DNA of 63,546 nucleotides, the filler included. It is 7 parts of 7 records of this genome, joined end to end, with 100 filler letters (N's around TTAATTAATTAA, not from the genome) between each part and the next. Parts side by side here need not be neighbours in the genome. Positions count along the whole stretch, not along the records: positions 46,523 to 54,445 come from SRR2962707_4731; positions 54,546 to 63,546 come from SRR2962707_4744; 5 more parts are not named here. One strand, written 5' to 3'. Shown in pieces: positions 46,754-57,500 of this stretch (its first letter is position 1; the number at the start of each line of letters is the position of its first letter). The notes under the pieces are model-generated. The model saw only the letters and a list, made by a program, of their open reading frames with translations, was not told where the DNA came from and made no database searches. Made by a program: the position numbers and the translations under genes.

Positions 46754-46981
46754 AGTCTGGCTCCTTTCGTTTATATTAGGAAACGGCACAGCACTGTGCT
46801 GCGTCGTGAAATCAATGTCAAGTATGACTTCATAATCTCGCGGCGGATTTTACCAGTTTTTGAGCATGCCACAACCCCATTATACAAATAATCACCAAAT
46901 CTACTGGCTTATTTCCCTAACTTGTTGTGGATTCAGGTGGTATTCTTGCTCCAATTTGTTGGAATGGTTAACAAAATTGCT

Positions 46982-48550
46982 ATGTCGGAAAATAATATCA
47001 CCCCGAAAAAAACATCGAAAAATAACTCATTATTGCGATCAGGTGTTTTGGTGTCCGTGTGCACTTTCTTGTCCCGTATCTTGGGGTTGGCTCGAGATTC
47101 GGCATTAGCGTATGTGCTGGGGGCAAGCGCAGGTGCGGATGCGTTTTATGTGGCGTTTAAAATCCCCAATTTTTTCCGTCGTTTATTTGCTGAAGGGGCG
47201 TTTGCTCAGGCGTTTGTTCCTGTGTTGAGCGACTATCGAGTGAACGAGACGAAAGAAGAGGTTCGCGCTCTTATTTCCGCAGTGTCTGGCTCCTTGGCGT
47301 TAGTGCTGCTGTTGATTACCGCGTTGTTTATGGTGTGCGCTCCGTGGGTGGTGTATCTCTTTGCGCCTGGGTTTGCAGCAGACGGCGAGCAGGCACGGTT
47401 AGCGTCTGAGCTGCTAACCATTACTTTTCCGTATTTGCTGTTTATTTCACTTACGGCATTGGCGGGTGGCATTCTCAATGCCCATGGCGAATACGCAGTG
47501 CCAGCCATTACGCCCATTTTTCTCAACATTAGCTTATTGGTTGCTACCTTGGTGTTTGCGCGCAATGCCTTGGACGCAGAAACTGCCGTGGCATGGGGGG
47601 TCTTTTTTGCAGGGCTGGTTCAATTGCTCTTCCAAATGCCCTTTCTGGCGCGCCTCAAATTACTGCCAATGCCGTCTCTTCAGTTTCGTCACCCAGGTGT
47701 GAAGCGCATTTTGATCTTGATTGGTCCGGCGTTGTTTGGGGTCTCGGTCGGGCAAATCAATTTGCTCTTAGACACTGTGTTGGCGTCGTTTCTGCAAACG
47801 GGCAGTATTACGTGGCTGTATTTGTCTGATCGTTTGTATGAATTGCCGCTGGGGATTTTTGCGATTGCGATTAGTACCGTGATTTTGCCTTCTTTGTCGC
47901 GCAGTTTTGCAGGCAAAGACCCGAAAGCATTTTCGGATACATTGGATTGGGCGCTGCGAATTTTATTGTTGATCGCAGTACCGTCGGCATTGGCATTGTT
48001 TATGTTGGCTGAGCCATTGATTGCGACCATCTTTTATCGGGGTGAGTTGACCGTGCATGATGTGACGAAAGCCGCGCAGAGTTTACAGGCGTATTCTTTA
48101 GGACTGATCTTTATGATGCTCATTAAGGTGCTGGCGCCTGGGTATTACGCTCGCCAAGATACGCGCACACCAGTGCGAATAGGGATTATCGCGATGGTGG
48201 CCAACATGGTGTTTAATCTGATTTTAGTGTGGCCTTTGGGCCATGTTGGATTGGCCTTGGCGACCAGTTTGTCGGCGGCGTTAAATGCATTTTTGTTGTG
48301 GCGCGGGTTGCGAAAGCAGGGTCATCATCAGTTTTCTCATCATTGGAAATTGATAACGAGGGTGTTAATCGCGGCAACGGCGGCCTTGGCGGTGTGGATC
48401 TATTTCTTTCTGCAACAGGGTATGGTGTGGACGCAAATGACTGATCTGCATCGCGTTGGTGAGGTGCTTCTTGTGGTTGTGGTTGGTGTGACTGTCTACG
48501 TAGGTGCCGCGGTACTGGTGGGGTTGCGACCGTCTTCTTTCAAGCACTAG
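46982..48550 (+). CDS. murJ: Lipid II flippase MurJ (MviN)
   Basis: SRILGLARD, DAFYVAFKIPNFFRRLFAEGAFAQAFVPVL, DRLYELPLG; canonical position between rpsT and ribF. Confidence 0.96.
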   Translation: MSENNITPKKTSKNNSLLRSGVLVSVCTFLSRILGLARDSALAYVLGASAGADAFYVAFKIPNFFRRLFAEGAFAQAFVPVLSDYRVNETKEEVRALISAVSGSLALVLLLITALFMVCAPWVVYLFAPGFAADGEQARLASELLTITFPYLLFISLTALAGGILNAHGEYAVPAITPIFLNISLLVATLVFARNALDAETAVAWGVFFAGLVQLLFQMPFLARLKLLPMPSLQFRHPGVKRILILIGPALFGVSVGQINLLLDTVLASFLQTGSITWLYLSDRLYELPLGIFAIAISTVILPSLSRSFAGKDPKAFSDTLDWALRILLLIAVPSALALFMLAEPLIATIFYRGELTVHDVTKAAQSLQAYSLGLIFMMLIKVLAPGYYARQDTRTPVRIGIIAMVANMVFNLILVWPLGHVGLALATSLSAALNAFLLWRGLRKQGHHQFSHHWKLITRVLIAATAALAVWIYFFLQQGMVWTQMTDLHRVGEVLLVVVVGVTVYVGAAVLVGLRPSSFKH

Positions 48551-48627
48551 ATTCGTTTCATGGCGTCATCGATGCTTCTTGCTGAGGTTGTACTAGTTCT
48601 GGCCTACCTTCAGGTGGTGATCTGCTA

Positions 48628-48633
48628 TATAAT
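48628..48633 (+). promoter_or_regulatory. Putative sigma70 -10 box upstream of ribF
   Basis: TATAAT 48 nt before the ATG; GAGG RBS; no clear -35. Confidence 0.35.
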
Positions 48634-48681
48634 CTCGGTTATTTTTTCGGCACTGGGTGGGATAGTCTTGAACGAGGTACT

Positions 48682-49605
48682 ATGGAGTTAATTCGCGGTA
48701 TTCATAATATCCGTTCAAAGCATAAAGAATGTGTGCTGACGATAGGGAATTTCGACGGCGTTCATCGTGGCCATCATGCCATCTTGAACCGCGTCAAAGC
48801 GCTGGCGGAACATTATCAAGTGCCGGCAGGCATTATGATTTTTGAACCTCAGCCAAGGGAGTTTTTTACGCCCGATAAAGCGCCAGGTCGTATTAGTCGA
48901 CTGCGTGATAAAGTGCACTTCTTGAAAGGGCAGGGCATTGATTATGTGTTGTGCTTGCCGTTCAACCCTAAGCTTCAGCAATTGGATGCGAAGGCTTTTT
49001 GCCAGCAGATTCTATTTCAAGGATTGTCCGTTCGTCATTTGGTGGTAGGAGACGATTTTCGTTTTGGCTGTGATCGCCAAGGGGATTTCGATTACCTTAA
49101 ACAATTTGGTGAGAGTCATGGCTTTGATGTGGAAAATACCCCATCGGTATTGAACGAGGCCGGTGAGCGTATTAGCAGTACCTTGGTGCGCCAAGCATTG
49201 GAAACTGGTGATATTGACGCCGCCCAAGAAAACATGGGTCATCCGGTCATTTTGGGTGGGCGAGTCATCGGTGGTCAGAAGTTGGGTCGCACATTGGGCT
49301 TTCCTACGGCTAACGTTCATTTAAAAGGGACTCAGCCTGCGTTGTCAGGTGTGTATGCGGTGCAACTTGACGTTGCAAGCGTAACGCACAATGGTGTGGC
49401 TAATATTGGTGTGAGACCAACCGTACAAGGCAAGACGCCGATATTAGAAGTGCACCTTTTTGATTTTAATGGTGATCTGTACGACAAATATGTTCAGGTA
49501 ACCTTCTGTCGCTTTATCAGGGCAGAGCGAAAAATGGCCAGCTTAGATGCGCTGGAAAAACAAATTCAATGTGATAAAGAAGAAGCAATACTCTTTTTTG
49601 CCTAA
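48682..49605 (+). CDS. ribF: Bifunctional riboflavin kinase / FAD synthetase
   Basis: TIGNFDGVHRGH, VGDDFRFG, ISST, GRTLGFPTAN, LEVHLFDF. Confidence 0.97.
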   Translation: MELIRGIHNIRSKHKECVLTIGNFDGVHRGHHAILNRVKALAEHYQVPAGIMIFEPQPREFFTPDKAPGRISRLRDKVHFLKGQGIDYVLCLPFNPKLQQLDAKAFCQQILFQGLSVRHLVVGDDFRFGCDRQGDFDYLKQFGESHGFDVENTPSVLNEAGERISSTLVRQALETGDIDAAQENMGHPVILGGRVIGGQKLGRTLGFPTANVHLKGTQPALSGVYAVQLDVASVTHNGVANIGVRPTVQGKTPILEVHLFDFNGDLYDKYVQVTFCRFIRAERKMASLDALEKQIQCDKEEAILFFA

Positions 49606-49644
49606 TCAGTGAACTGATGATCTTTGAGGATAAATCGATAAACC

Positions 49645-52467
49645 ATGAGTGATTATAAACCGACGCTTAATTTGCCAAAGACAGACTTCCCTATGCGTGG
49701 AGACTTGGCAAAACGTGAACCTGCAATGCTGAAGCAATGGCAGGATATGGATCTATACAACAAAGTACGCGAAGTCAGTAAAGGCCGTAAATCTTTTATT
49801 CTTCATGACGGCCCTCCGTACGCAAATGGCAGTATTCACATTGGTCACGCGGTTAACAAAATCCTCAAAGATATTATTGTTAAATCAAAAACCGTCAGTG
49901 GTTTTGATGCGCCTTACATTCCAGGTTGGGATTGTCACGGCTTGCCGATTGAGCACAAAGTAGAACAGTTGATAGGCAAAGCGGGTACCAAAGTATCGTA
50001 CAAAGAATTCCGTGCCAAATGTCGCGAATACGCTTACACGCAAATCGAACAACAGAAAAAAGATTTTATCCGTTTGGGCGTAATGGGCGATTGGGAAAAC
50101 CCATACCTTACGATGAACTTCCAAACCGAAGCGAACATTGTTCGTGCCTTGGGTAAGATTGCTGAAAACGGCCACCTCGTTAAAGGCTTTAAGCCAGTTT
50201 ACTGGAGTGTGGTGGGTGGTTCTGCCTTGGCTGAAGCCGAAGTGGAATACCAAGATAAAACGTCATTGTCATTGGATGTGCGCTACGCGCCTCAAGATGA
50301 AGCGGCGTTGTTGGCAAAATTCTCTGATGTAGAAGGCGAAGGCAAAGTATCGGTTGTTATCTGGACAACGACGCCTTGGACCTTGCCTGCTAGCCAAGCG
50401 GTTTCTGTTCACCCTGAGTTTAACTATGCCCTTGTTGAAGTGGACATGGGCTTGGGTAAAGAGCGCTTAATCGTTGCTGAAGACATGGTTGAAGGTTTGA
50501 TGGTGCGCTACGGTGTGTCTGATTTCCGTATTGTGGGTCGTACTATCGGTGCGGATCTACAAGGCACTGTCTTGAATCACCCATTCTTGGAACGTGATAT
50601 CCCCGTTATTCTTGGCGAGCACGTGACCACCGAAGCCGGTACAGGTTGTGTGCATACCGCACCAGACCATGGTGTAGACGATTTCAACGTCGGCCGTGAA
50701 AATGGCATTGGTACCATTAACCTAGTACAAGACAATGGCGTGTATTCAGATGCCGCTGGTGAATTTGCTGGCTTGCATGTTTATAAAGTAGATGGCGCAG
50801 TGCTTGAAGCATTAAACCGAAACAACGCCTTGGTTTTCGAATCGAAAATTTTCCACAGCTACCCTCATTGCTGGCGTACTAAAACACCATTGATCTTCCG
50901 CGCGACACCACAGTGGTTTATCAGCATGACCAAAGAAGGTTTGTTGGATGCGGCCAAACACGCAGTTGAAGGTGTGAAGTGGGTGCCAAGCTGGGGACAA
51001 AATCGCATGGAAGGGATGTTGAATAACAGCCCTGATTGGTGTGTGTCTCGTCAACGTACTTGGGGTGTTCCGATTGCTTTGTTTATCAACAAAGAAACGC
51101 AAGAATTGCACCCAGAAACACCACGTTTGATTGAAGAAGTTGCCAAACGTATCGAGCAAGAAGGCATTGATGCTTGGTTCGAAATGGACGCAGAAACCCT
51201 ATTGGGTGATGAAGCGGCAAAATACAGCAAGGTGACTGACACGCTAGACGTATGGTTTGACTCTGGGGTAACGCATTACTCTGTCATCGATCAGCGTGAC
51301 GAATTAAGTTTCCCGGCCGATTTGTATTTGGAAGGTTCTGATCAGCACCGTGGTTGGTTCCAATCGTCGTTGAAAACGTCCATCGCGATTCGCGGTGTGC
51401 CTCCGTACAAGCAAGTGCTTACCCATGGCTTTACAGTGGATGGCGACGGTCGCAAGATGTCGAAATCATTGGGTAACGTATTGTCACCTCAAAAAGTGAT
51501 GGATACCTTAGGAGCGGACATCATTCGTTTGTGGGTAGCGGCAACCGATTACACCACTGAAATGACTGTTTCTGATGAGATTCTGAAGCGTGTTGCAGAT
51601 TCATACCGTCGTATTCGTAATACCGCGCGCTTTATGTTGTCTAACTTAAGTGGCTTCAATCCAGCAACGGATGTTGTTGCAAGCAAAGACATGTTGGCCT
51701 TGGATCGCTGGATTGTAGATCGTGCCGCTTTGTTGCAAACAGAGTTGGATACGGCTTACAACGAATACCAATTCCACACAGTTAATCAGAAAATCCAAAA
51801 CTTCTGTTCTGTGGATCTAGGTGGTTTTTACCTAGATATCATCAAAGACCGTCAGTATACGACTCAGCCAAACAGCTTGGCTCGTCGCTCTGCGCAGACG
51901 GCCTTGTACCATATCATGGAGGCCTTCACTCGCTGGATTTCGCCAATCTTGAGCTTTACCGCGGATGAGTTGTGGCACGCTATGCCAGGTGAGCGAGTTG
52001 AGTCTGTCTTTTTAGAAACATGGTACGAAGGATTAGAAACGTTGTCTGGTGATGAGCCAATGGGACGTGAATTCTGGAAGCACGTGCTGGAAGCTAAAGT
52101 CGCTACTAACAAGGTATTAGAAGCCGCACGCAGCGAAGGCAAGATGAAGGCCAGCCTAAGTGCAGAAATCACCTTGTATTGCGATGAGGCATTGCAAGCG
52201 ACATTGAGTCGTCTTGATGATGAGTTACGCTTTGTGCTGATTTCTTCTGATGTAAAAGTATTGCCATTGGCGCAAGCGGGTGATGATGCCGTAGCAACAG
52301 ATCTTGATGGGCTAAAAGTTGTGGTAGCGTTAAGCAGCAATGAGAAATGTGTTCGCTGCTGGCACCACCGTCCAGAAGTTGGTCAGCGTGCCGAACACCC
52401 AGAATTGTGTGATCGTTGTATTTCCAATTTACCAGATGGAGAAGGTGAACAACGCCTTTACGCCTAA
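49645..52467 (+). CDS. ileS: Isoleucyl-tRNA synthetase (type 1)
   Basis: [35 protein letters not shown]-terminal CVRCW...CDRC zinc site. Confidence 0.98.
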   Translation: MSDYKPTLNLPKTDFPMRGDLAKREPAMLKQWQDMDLYNKVREVSKGRKSFILHDGPPYANGSIHIGHAVNKILKDIIVKSKTVSGFDAPYIPGWDCHGLPIEHKVEQLIGKAGTKVSYKEFRAKCREYAYTQIEQQKKDFIRLGVMGDWENPYLTMNFQTEANIVRALGKIAENGHLVKGFKPVYWSVVGGSALAEAEVEYQDKTSLSLDVRYAPQDEAALLAKFSDVEGEGKVSVVIWTTTPWTLPASQAVSVHPEFNYALVEVDMGLGKERLIVAEDMVEGLMVRYGVSDFRIVGRTIGADLQGTVLNHPFLERDIPVILGEHVTTEAGTGCVHTAPDHGVDDFNVGRENGIGTINLVQDNGVYSDAAGEFAGLHVYKVDGAVLEALNRNNALVFESKIFHSYPHCWRTKTPLIFRATPQWFISMTKEGLLDAAKHAVEGVKWVPSWGQNRMEGMLNNSPDWCVSRQRTWGVPIALFINKETQELHPETPRLIEEVAKRIEQEGIDAWFEMDAETLLGDEAAKYSKVTDTLDVWFDSGVTHYSVIDQRDELSFPADLYLEGSDQHRGWFQSSLKTSIAIRGVPPYKQVLTHGFTVDGDGRKMSKSLGNVLSPQKVMDTLGADIIRLWVAATDYTTEMTVSDEILKRVADSYRRIRNTARFMLSNLSGFNPATDVVASKDMLALDRWIVDRAALLQTELDTAYNEYQFHTVNQKIQNFCSVDLGGFYLDIIKDRQYTTQPNSLARRSAQTALYHIMEAFTRWISPILSFTADELWHAMPGERVESVFLETWYEGLETLSGDEPMGREFWKHVLEAKVATNKVLEAARSEGKMKASLSAEITLYCDEALQATLSRLDDELRFVLISSDVKVLPLAQAGDDAVATDLDGLKVVVALSSNEKCVRCWHHRPEVGQRAEHPELCDRCISNLPDGEGEQRLYA

Positions 52468-52973
52468 TGACCATTCGTTTTGTATGGCAACAAGTCCAGC
52501 GCTGGTGGGCGCTGGCACTTGTTATATTTGCAGTAGACTGGCTGACTAAGCAATGCATTGAAGCAAGCATTGCTTATGGTCAGACTGTCCCTGTTCTTCC
52601 CTTCTTTGATTTAACGCTGCGTTATAACACGGGGGCTGCTTTTAGCTTCTTAGCAAATGCAGGCGGCTGGCAGCGTTGGTTCTTCTCCTTTATCGCATTA
52701 GCTGTCGTAATCGGCATTAGTTGGCGCTTGGTTAAAGTGGCCGCTACGAATCGTTGGGAAGCCTTGTCACTGAGCCTCATATTAGGCGGTGCAGTTGGCA
52801 ATTTATATGATCGATTGGTTTATGGTCACGTTGTCGATTTTCTAGAGTTTCATTGGCAACAGTCTTGGTATTTTCCTGCTTTTAATGTGGCGGACAGTGC
52901 CATCACCATTGGTGTTATTTTGATGTTGTTAGAAAGTGTGCTGGCAAAGCCACAGAAAGGCCCGAAAGAATGA
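52467..52973 (+). CDS. lspA: Lipoprotein signal peptidase II
   Basis: NTGAAFSFL, GGAVGNLYDR, VVDFL, FNVAD. Confidence 0.96.
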   Translation: MTIRFVWQQVQRWWALALVIFAVDWLTKQCIEASIAYGQTVPVLPFFDLTLRYNTGAAFSFLANAGGWQRWFFSFIALAVVIGISWRLVKVAATNRWEALSLSLILGGAVGNLYDRLVYGHVVDFLEFHWQQSWYFPAFNVADSAITIGVILMLLESVLAKPQKGPKE

Positions 52974-53401
52974 ATGTAATTACCACGAATAGTCAGGTGA
53001 CTTTGCACTTTGAGTTGTCTTTAGAAGATGGCCAAATAGTCGACTCTAATTTCTCTCATGAGCCCGCTCGGTTTGTGTTCGGCGATGGCAACTTACTGCC
53101 TGCTTTTGAAGAAGTATTGCTGGGCATGAGCGTGGGCCAAGAAGGTCGTTTTGAAATGTCGCCAGAGCAAGCCTTTGGTGCGCGAAATGAAAGCAATATT
53201 CAGCGTATGCCGCGTTCTCAATTCTCGATGGATATAGAAGAGGGCATGGTGGTGTCGTTTGCTGATGCCAGCAAAAACGAATTGCCAGGCGTGATCGCAG
53301 AGATCAGTGACAATGAAGTGCTGGTGGATTTTAATCACCCCTTGTCTGGTCGCACCTTAACTTACCGAGTACAAATTGTAGCGGTAGAGGAGGCAGCATG
53401 A
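52970..53401 (+). CDS. fkpB: FKBP-type peptidyl-prolyl isomerase (SlpA)
   Basis: [27 protein letters not shown]; lies between lspA and ispH. Confidence 0.92.
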   Translation: MNVITTNSQVTLHFELSLEDGQIVDSNFSHEPARFVFGDGNLLPAFEEVLLGMSVGQEGRFEMSPEQAFGARNESNIQRMPRSQFSMDIEEGMVVSFADASKNELPGVIAEISDNEVLVDFNHPLSGRTLTYRVQIVAVEEAA

Positions 53402-54348
53402 GTTTTGCTATTCAGTTAGCCAATCCTCGTGGTTTTTGTGCTGGTGTAGATAGAGCCATTGATATTGTAAATCGCTGTTTGGATTTGTTTGAAGCGCCTA
53501 TCTTCGTTCGCCATGAAGTGGTTCATAACAAGTTTGTTGTTGAGTCCCTTAAAGCGCGTGGCGCTGTCTTTGTTAACGAGTTAGACGAAGTGCCGGATGA
53601 CAATATTGTCATCTTTAGTGCGCACGGTGTGTCTAAAGCGGTTCGTGATGAAGCCGAAAAGCGCGGTCTTAAAGTGTTTGATGCTACCTGCCCGTTAGTG
53701 ACTAAAGTTCATCTAGAAGTGCTTCGTTATTCTCGCGATGGTGCTGAGTGTATTTTGATTGGTCATGATGGTCACCCTGAAGTAGAAGGGACCATGGGGC
53801 AGTATGATAACAAGCAAGGTGGTGCTATTTACCTTGTGGAAAACCCTGATGATGTGGCCAAGCTAAAAGTAGAAAACCCAGACAAACTCGCTTTTGTCAC
53901 GCAAACAACACTTTCTATGGATGACACCTCTGTCGTGATTGATGCCTTACGTCATCACTTCCCTAATATTACAGGGCCGAAGAAAGACGACATTTGTTAC
54001 GCAACCCAAAATCGTCAAGACGCAGTGAAGACGTTAGCGAAAGAGTCAGAGCTGGTATTGGTCGTTGGCTCAGTCAATAGCTCGAACTCAAACCGCCTTC
54101 GAGAACTGGCGGAGAGAATGGGAGCGAAAGCGCATTTAATTGATAATGCGAGCGAGATACAAAGTGACTGGTTGGCTGGTGTTCGTAGCGTGGGTGTTAC
54201 CGCGGGTGCCTCGGCGCCTGAAATCTTGATAAACGAAGTAATTGATCGTCTTATTCAAGAAGGTGGTAATTCACCAGAGGAGCTTAAAGGGAGAGAAGAG
54301 AATGTTTCTTTCTCTATGCCTAAAGAGCTTCGAATCGTTGAATTATAG
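53398..54348 (+). CDS. ispH: 4-hydroxy-3-methylbut-2-enyl diphosphate reductase
   Basis: [43 protein letters not shown]. Confidence 0.97.
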   Translation: MSFAIQLANPRGFCAGVDRAIDIVNRCLDLFEAPIFVRHEVVHNKFVVESLKARGAVFVNELDEVPDDNIVIFSAHGVSKAVRDEAEKRGLKVFDATCPLVTKVHLEVLRYSRDGAECILIGHDGHPEVEGTMGQYDNKQGGAIYLVENPDDVAKLKVENPDKLAFVTQTTLSMDDTSVVIDALRHHFPNITGPKKDDICYATQNRQDAVKTLAKESELVLVVGSVNSSNSNRLRELAERMGAKAHLIDNASEIQSDWLAGVRSVGVTAGASAPEILINEVIDRLIQEGGNSPEELKGREENVSFSMPKELRIVEL

Positions 54349-54354
54349 GTGCTT

Positions 54355-54445
54355 TCATTTTTATTATAAAAAAATGAATCTTTTATTAAAAAGTACTTGC
54401 GCTAAAATTTTCACGATGTATTATACGCACCCACTGACACGGACA
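54355..54445 (+). promoter_or_regulatory. rRNA operon P1-type promoter (rRNA genes beyond contig end)
   Basis: AT-rich UP element, -35 TTGCGC (54397-54402), 16-bp spacer, -10 TATTAT (54419-54424), GC discriminator, then CCACTGACACGGA as in the E. coli rrn P1 start region. Confidence 0.75.
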
Positions 54446-54545
54446 NNNNNNNNNNNNNNNNNNNNNNNNNNNNNNNNNNNNNNNNNNNNTTAATTAATTA
54501 ANNNNNNNNNNNNNNNNNNNNNNNNNNNNNNNNNNNNNNNNNNNN
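54446..54545. other. Artificial contig spacer
   Basis: N-TTAATTAATTAA-N. Confidence 0.98.
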
Positions 54546-54574
54546 GCGAGGGAGAGAGAGAGTGAGTGAGAGAG

Positions 54575-57500
54575 ATGAGCGAAGGAAGCACAGCCGTTGA
54601 TACCAGTGGCGGCGAGTGGGAACGGCATTTCTCCGAGGATGGGTCGCCTTACTTTTACAACACCGTCACGCAGGAAGTGCAGTGGGACGTATCCGAGACT
54701 GCTGAGCCGGCCCAGTATGGAGAAAGCGATGCGTACTATGCTGAGTACAACACTTCGGGGGGTGAGGACGGGCAGCACGCGTCTTATTACGGATACCCCG
54801 AGGGCGACGGCACTACGTTCAATGAAGATGCGACGTACAATGAGAGTGCCGGCTGGCAGCAAGAACAGCCGGAGCAGCCACAACACTCACATGCTACCGC
54901 TCATTGTAGTGGGACAGTTCACTCTTGGGAGGAGGATGGAGGTCAACAGCCCTCGCACGAAAGAGGGAATGACGAAGTGGTTTACGACGTGGACCCCGAC
55001 TCCTATGCGTCTGACAACACGGTCATCGTGCACGAGGAGCCGGTGAATGTGGTGAATCATGCCAGCTCTGCAGATATGTATGCTGCAGCTAAAGATAACA
55101 ACACAACCCCAGAGCAAGACGTTGGAGATGGTACAAACGGTGCTGATGACAGCGGGACTGAGCTTGCAGAAGGATGGCAAGAAGTGGTTGACGAGGCGGG
55201 GACTTATTTCTGGAACCCAGCCACAGGCGAGAGCCGCTGGGAACGCCCTCCCCGACTTGTCCGTAATTTGATGTCAGCAACTTCTGTTGCGTCGTTTTTG
55301 CCCGGAGCCATTGACAGTGGCCGTGCCACCGGATCACACGCAGCCAAAGACCAGCATCTTGGTGCGGAAATTCAGCCAAAGGCACTTACGACCGCGGGCG
55401 CGAAGCTCTCGGACCCGGCAGACACCACTGAGGAGAAAGTGGAGCTGGAAGTGGGTTGGGAAGAACAAAAGGACGAAAATGGGTACACTTACTATTGGAA
55501 CAGTGCCACTGGGGAGAGTAGATGGGAAGCTCCCCTTCGACGTGCGATTAGCAAAATTGGCATGCTTCGGGCCTTGAACAACAGCAGTAAAAAGAAGGCA
55601 TTGACTGCTGAAGAAGTGATTGCCGAGCACCAAAGACGGTTTGTGTCTATTTTGTCGACGTTGCCTTTGCCTGTGACGTGCTTGCCGCTGAAAAATAACC
55701 AATGTCTTGGGAATCACTTTGTGTCAGGTATAGACCAAGCTCACCAGGATCCCATCGCGACGACGATGGCGAGGTGATCCCGTGTCCTGCAGATTTTGAT
55801 CCAAAAGAATGGGCAGCTATGCCCCGCGATCTTCAAAAGGAAATGGCAGATGGTGCAGACGACGATGGCCTGCAACTGCAGTCTGAGGCTGGAAATCAAG
55901 TGAGGGTGAGGCACAAACCGAAGACAAACGGCCCTTCCGCGCCGGAAAGCACAGAAATTTTGCCTGCGTCAAGGCTTGCGGCAGACACAAATGTTGCACC
56001 AGAGCAAGCTGCTGCAACTGAGGTGAATGTCCAAGAGCAAGGTGGTCATTCTTGCTCGCTCGGAGTCATGGACAACGATGGAAATTGGCAGCAAGTTGCA
56101 AAACCAAAGTCTGCTGTCGAAATTTCAGAAGCCGTTGACAAGCGAAAACGAGAGTACGCTGGGTTCTCAAGCACTTTTCCACACACGCTATCCATCCAAC
56201 AAACGCCAAGGTGTTTTTCAGGCTGCATCGCTTTGACAGCGGTCTGACTTTTCCGAGTGTTGCCCTCCTATTTTGCAGATACACGAATGAACTTGCACGG
56301 CTCCGCGTGAAGGATCTGCGTAACCTTTCGGCAAGCCTTCAGTTGTCGACAATAGGACTTCGGCCAGACTTGACCAGTCGATTAGTAGAAAAAGAAGCCG
56401 CAGCCCTTCGCGACAAACTCGAGGCTGAGGCAAAAATTCAGGGTGAGAAATTCCGCAAAGCAAACAGGGCCAGCCTCCGCATTAGTGTAACGTCGACGCC
56501 CCGGTCTTCGGGTGCTACGCCGTTAACATCCCCACAGGATTACACGCCTGGAAGTGCACTTCGAGTAAATAGTCGGCAACTAATGCAGCATCGAAAGCGC
56601 GCAGTACGCTCTGAGCTGCAAGCTGTGGAGAAGGTCGTCTCCATTGATAAAAAACTGGCATCAGATGCAACGCTATCAGTCGCCCATCGTCAGCGTCTGG
56701 CTGCTATTGCAGCGCGCAAAGATGAGTTGAATGCAGCTTTGCTGAATTCATGTGGGCTTACCGGACTGAAACGACTGCGGCGTGTGGGAATTCAAGGTCA
56801 CCATTTTGATGAGTGCGTATTAACTTTGCGCTCATGTTGTGTTGTGATGCCTTTGTGCCTCTGTGTGGACGCAACGTCAGAGATTTATTCCTGTTGACCG
56901 TAATTGTACGAAACTAGCTTTTCTTTTTTTTTTTACTATTCACGTGATTCTCGCCTTCGCCCTCAGGTACTGTCGGGAACTTGAGGAGGAGGTTTATGAT
57001 GTTGACACATCGATTCGCGGAGGAGGATCACACCCCGTTGAAGCTCGCATTAAGCAAGCCCAACGCCGCAAAAGTCGCTTGCGCAGTGGCCGAAGGCAGT
57101 CTCAAGTACCTACGACTGGCCGGCGGGGACCAACCGTGCCAGGTGAGGCTGCGGCAATAGCCAGCGGTGTAGCATCTGCGCGTGGAACACGGAACACTAG
57201 TGTTGTGGTTGTAAATGACATGACGACATCGACATTCTCAGGACTGACTGGGCCTCGTAAGACGTAAGTGCATCATCACGGGTGTGGCTGTGTGCCTTTC
57301 GTGCCAATGATGGCGTAGGATCATTTGCGTGCATTTTATTTCAGTGCTGATTTTTGCACGGACATGTTTGTGATGCGGGCAGTTACTTTTACCACAGCCC
57401 CAAGTTGTGCAGGGTATGGGGTGTTTCAATGCACCGAATGCCACAGCATGTTCCTCTTCTGATCCCAAGCCCCGCAGAAAACCGCCTAGAAGGCGATTTT

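Noticed and set aside
46523-54445. Novelty in the gammaproteobacterial contig
   Set aside because: Standard conserved rpsT/murJ-ribF-ileS-lspA-fkpB-ispH order with intact genes.
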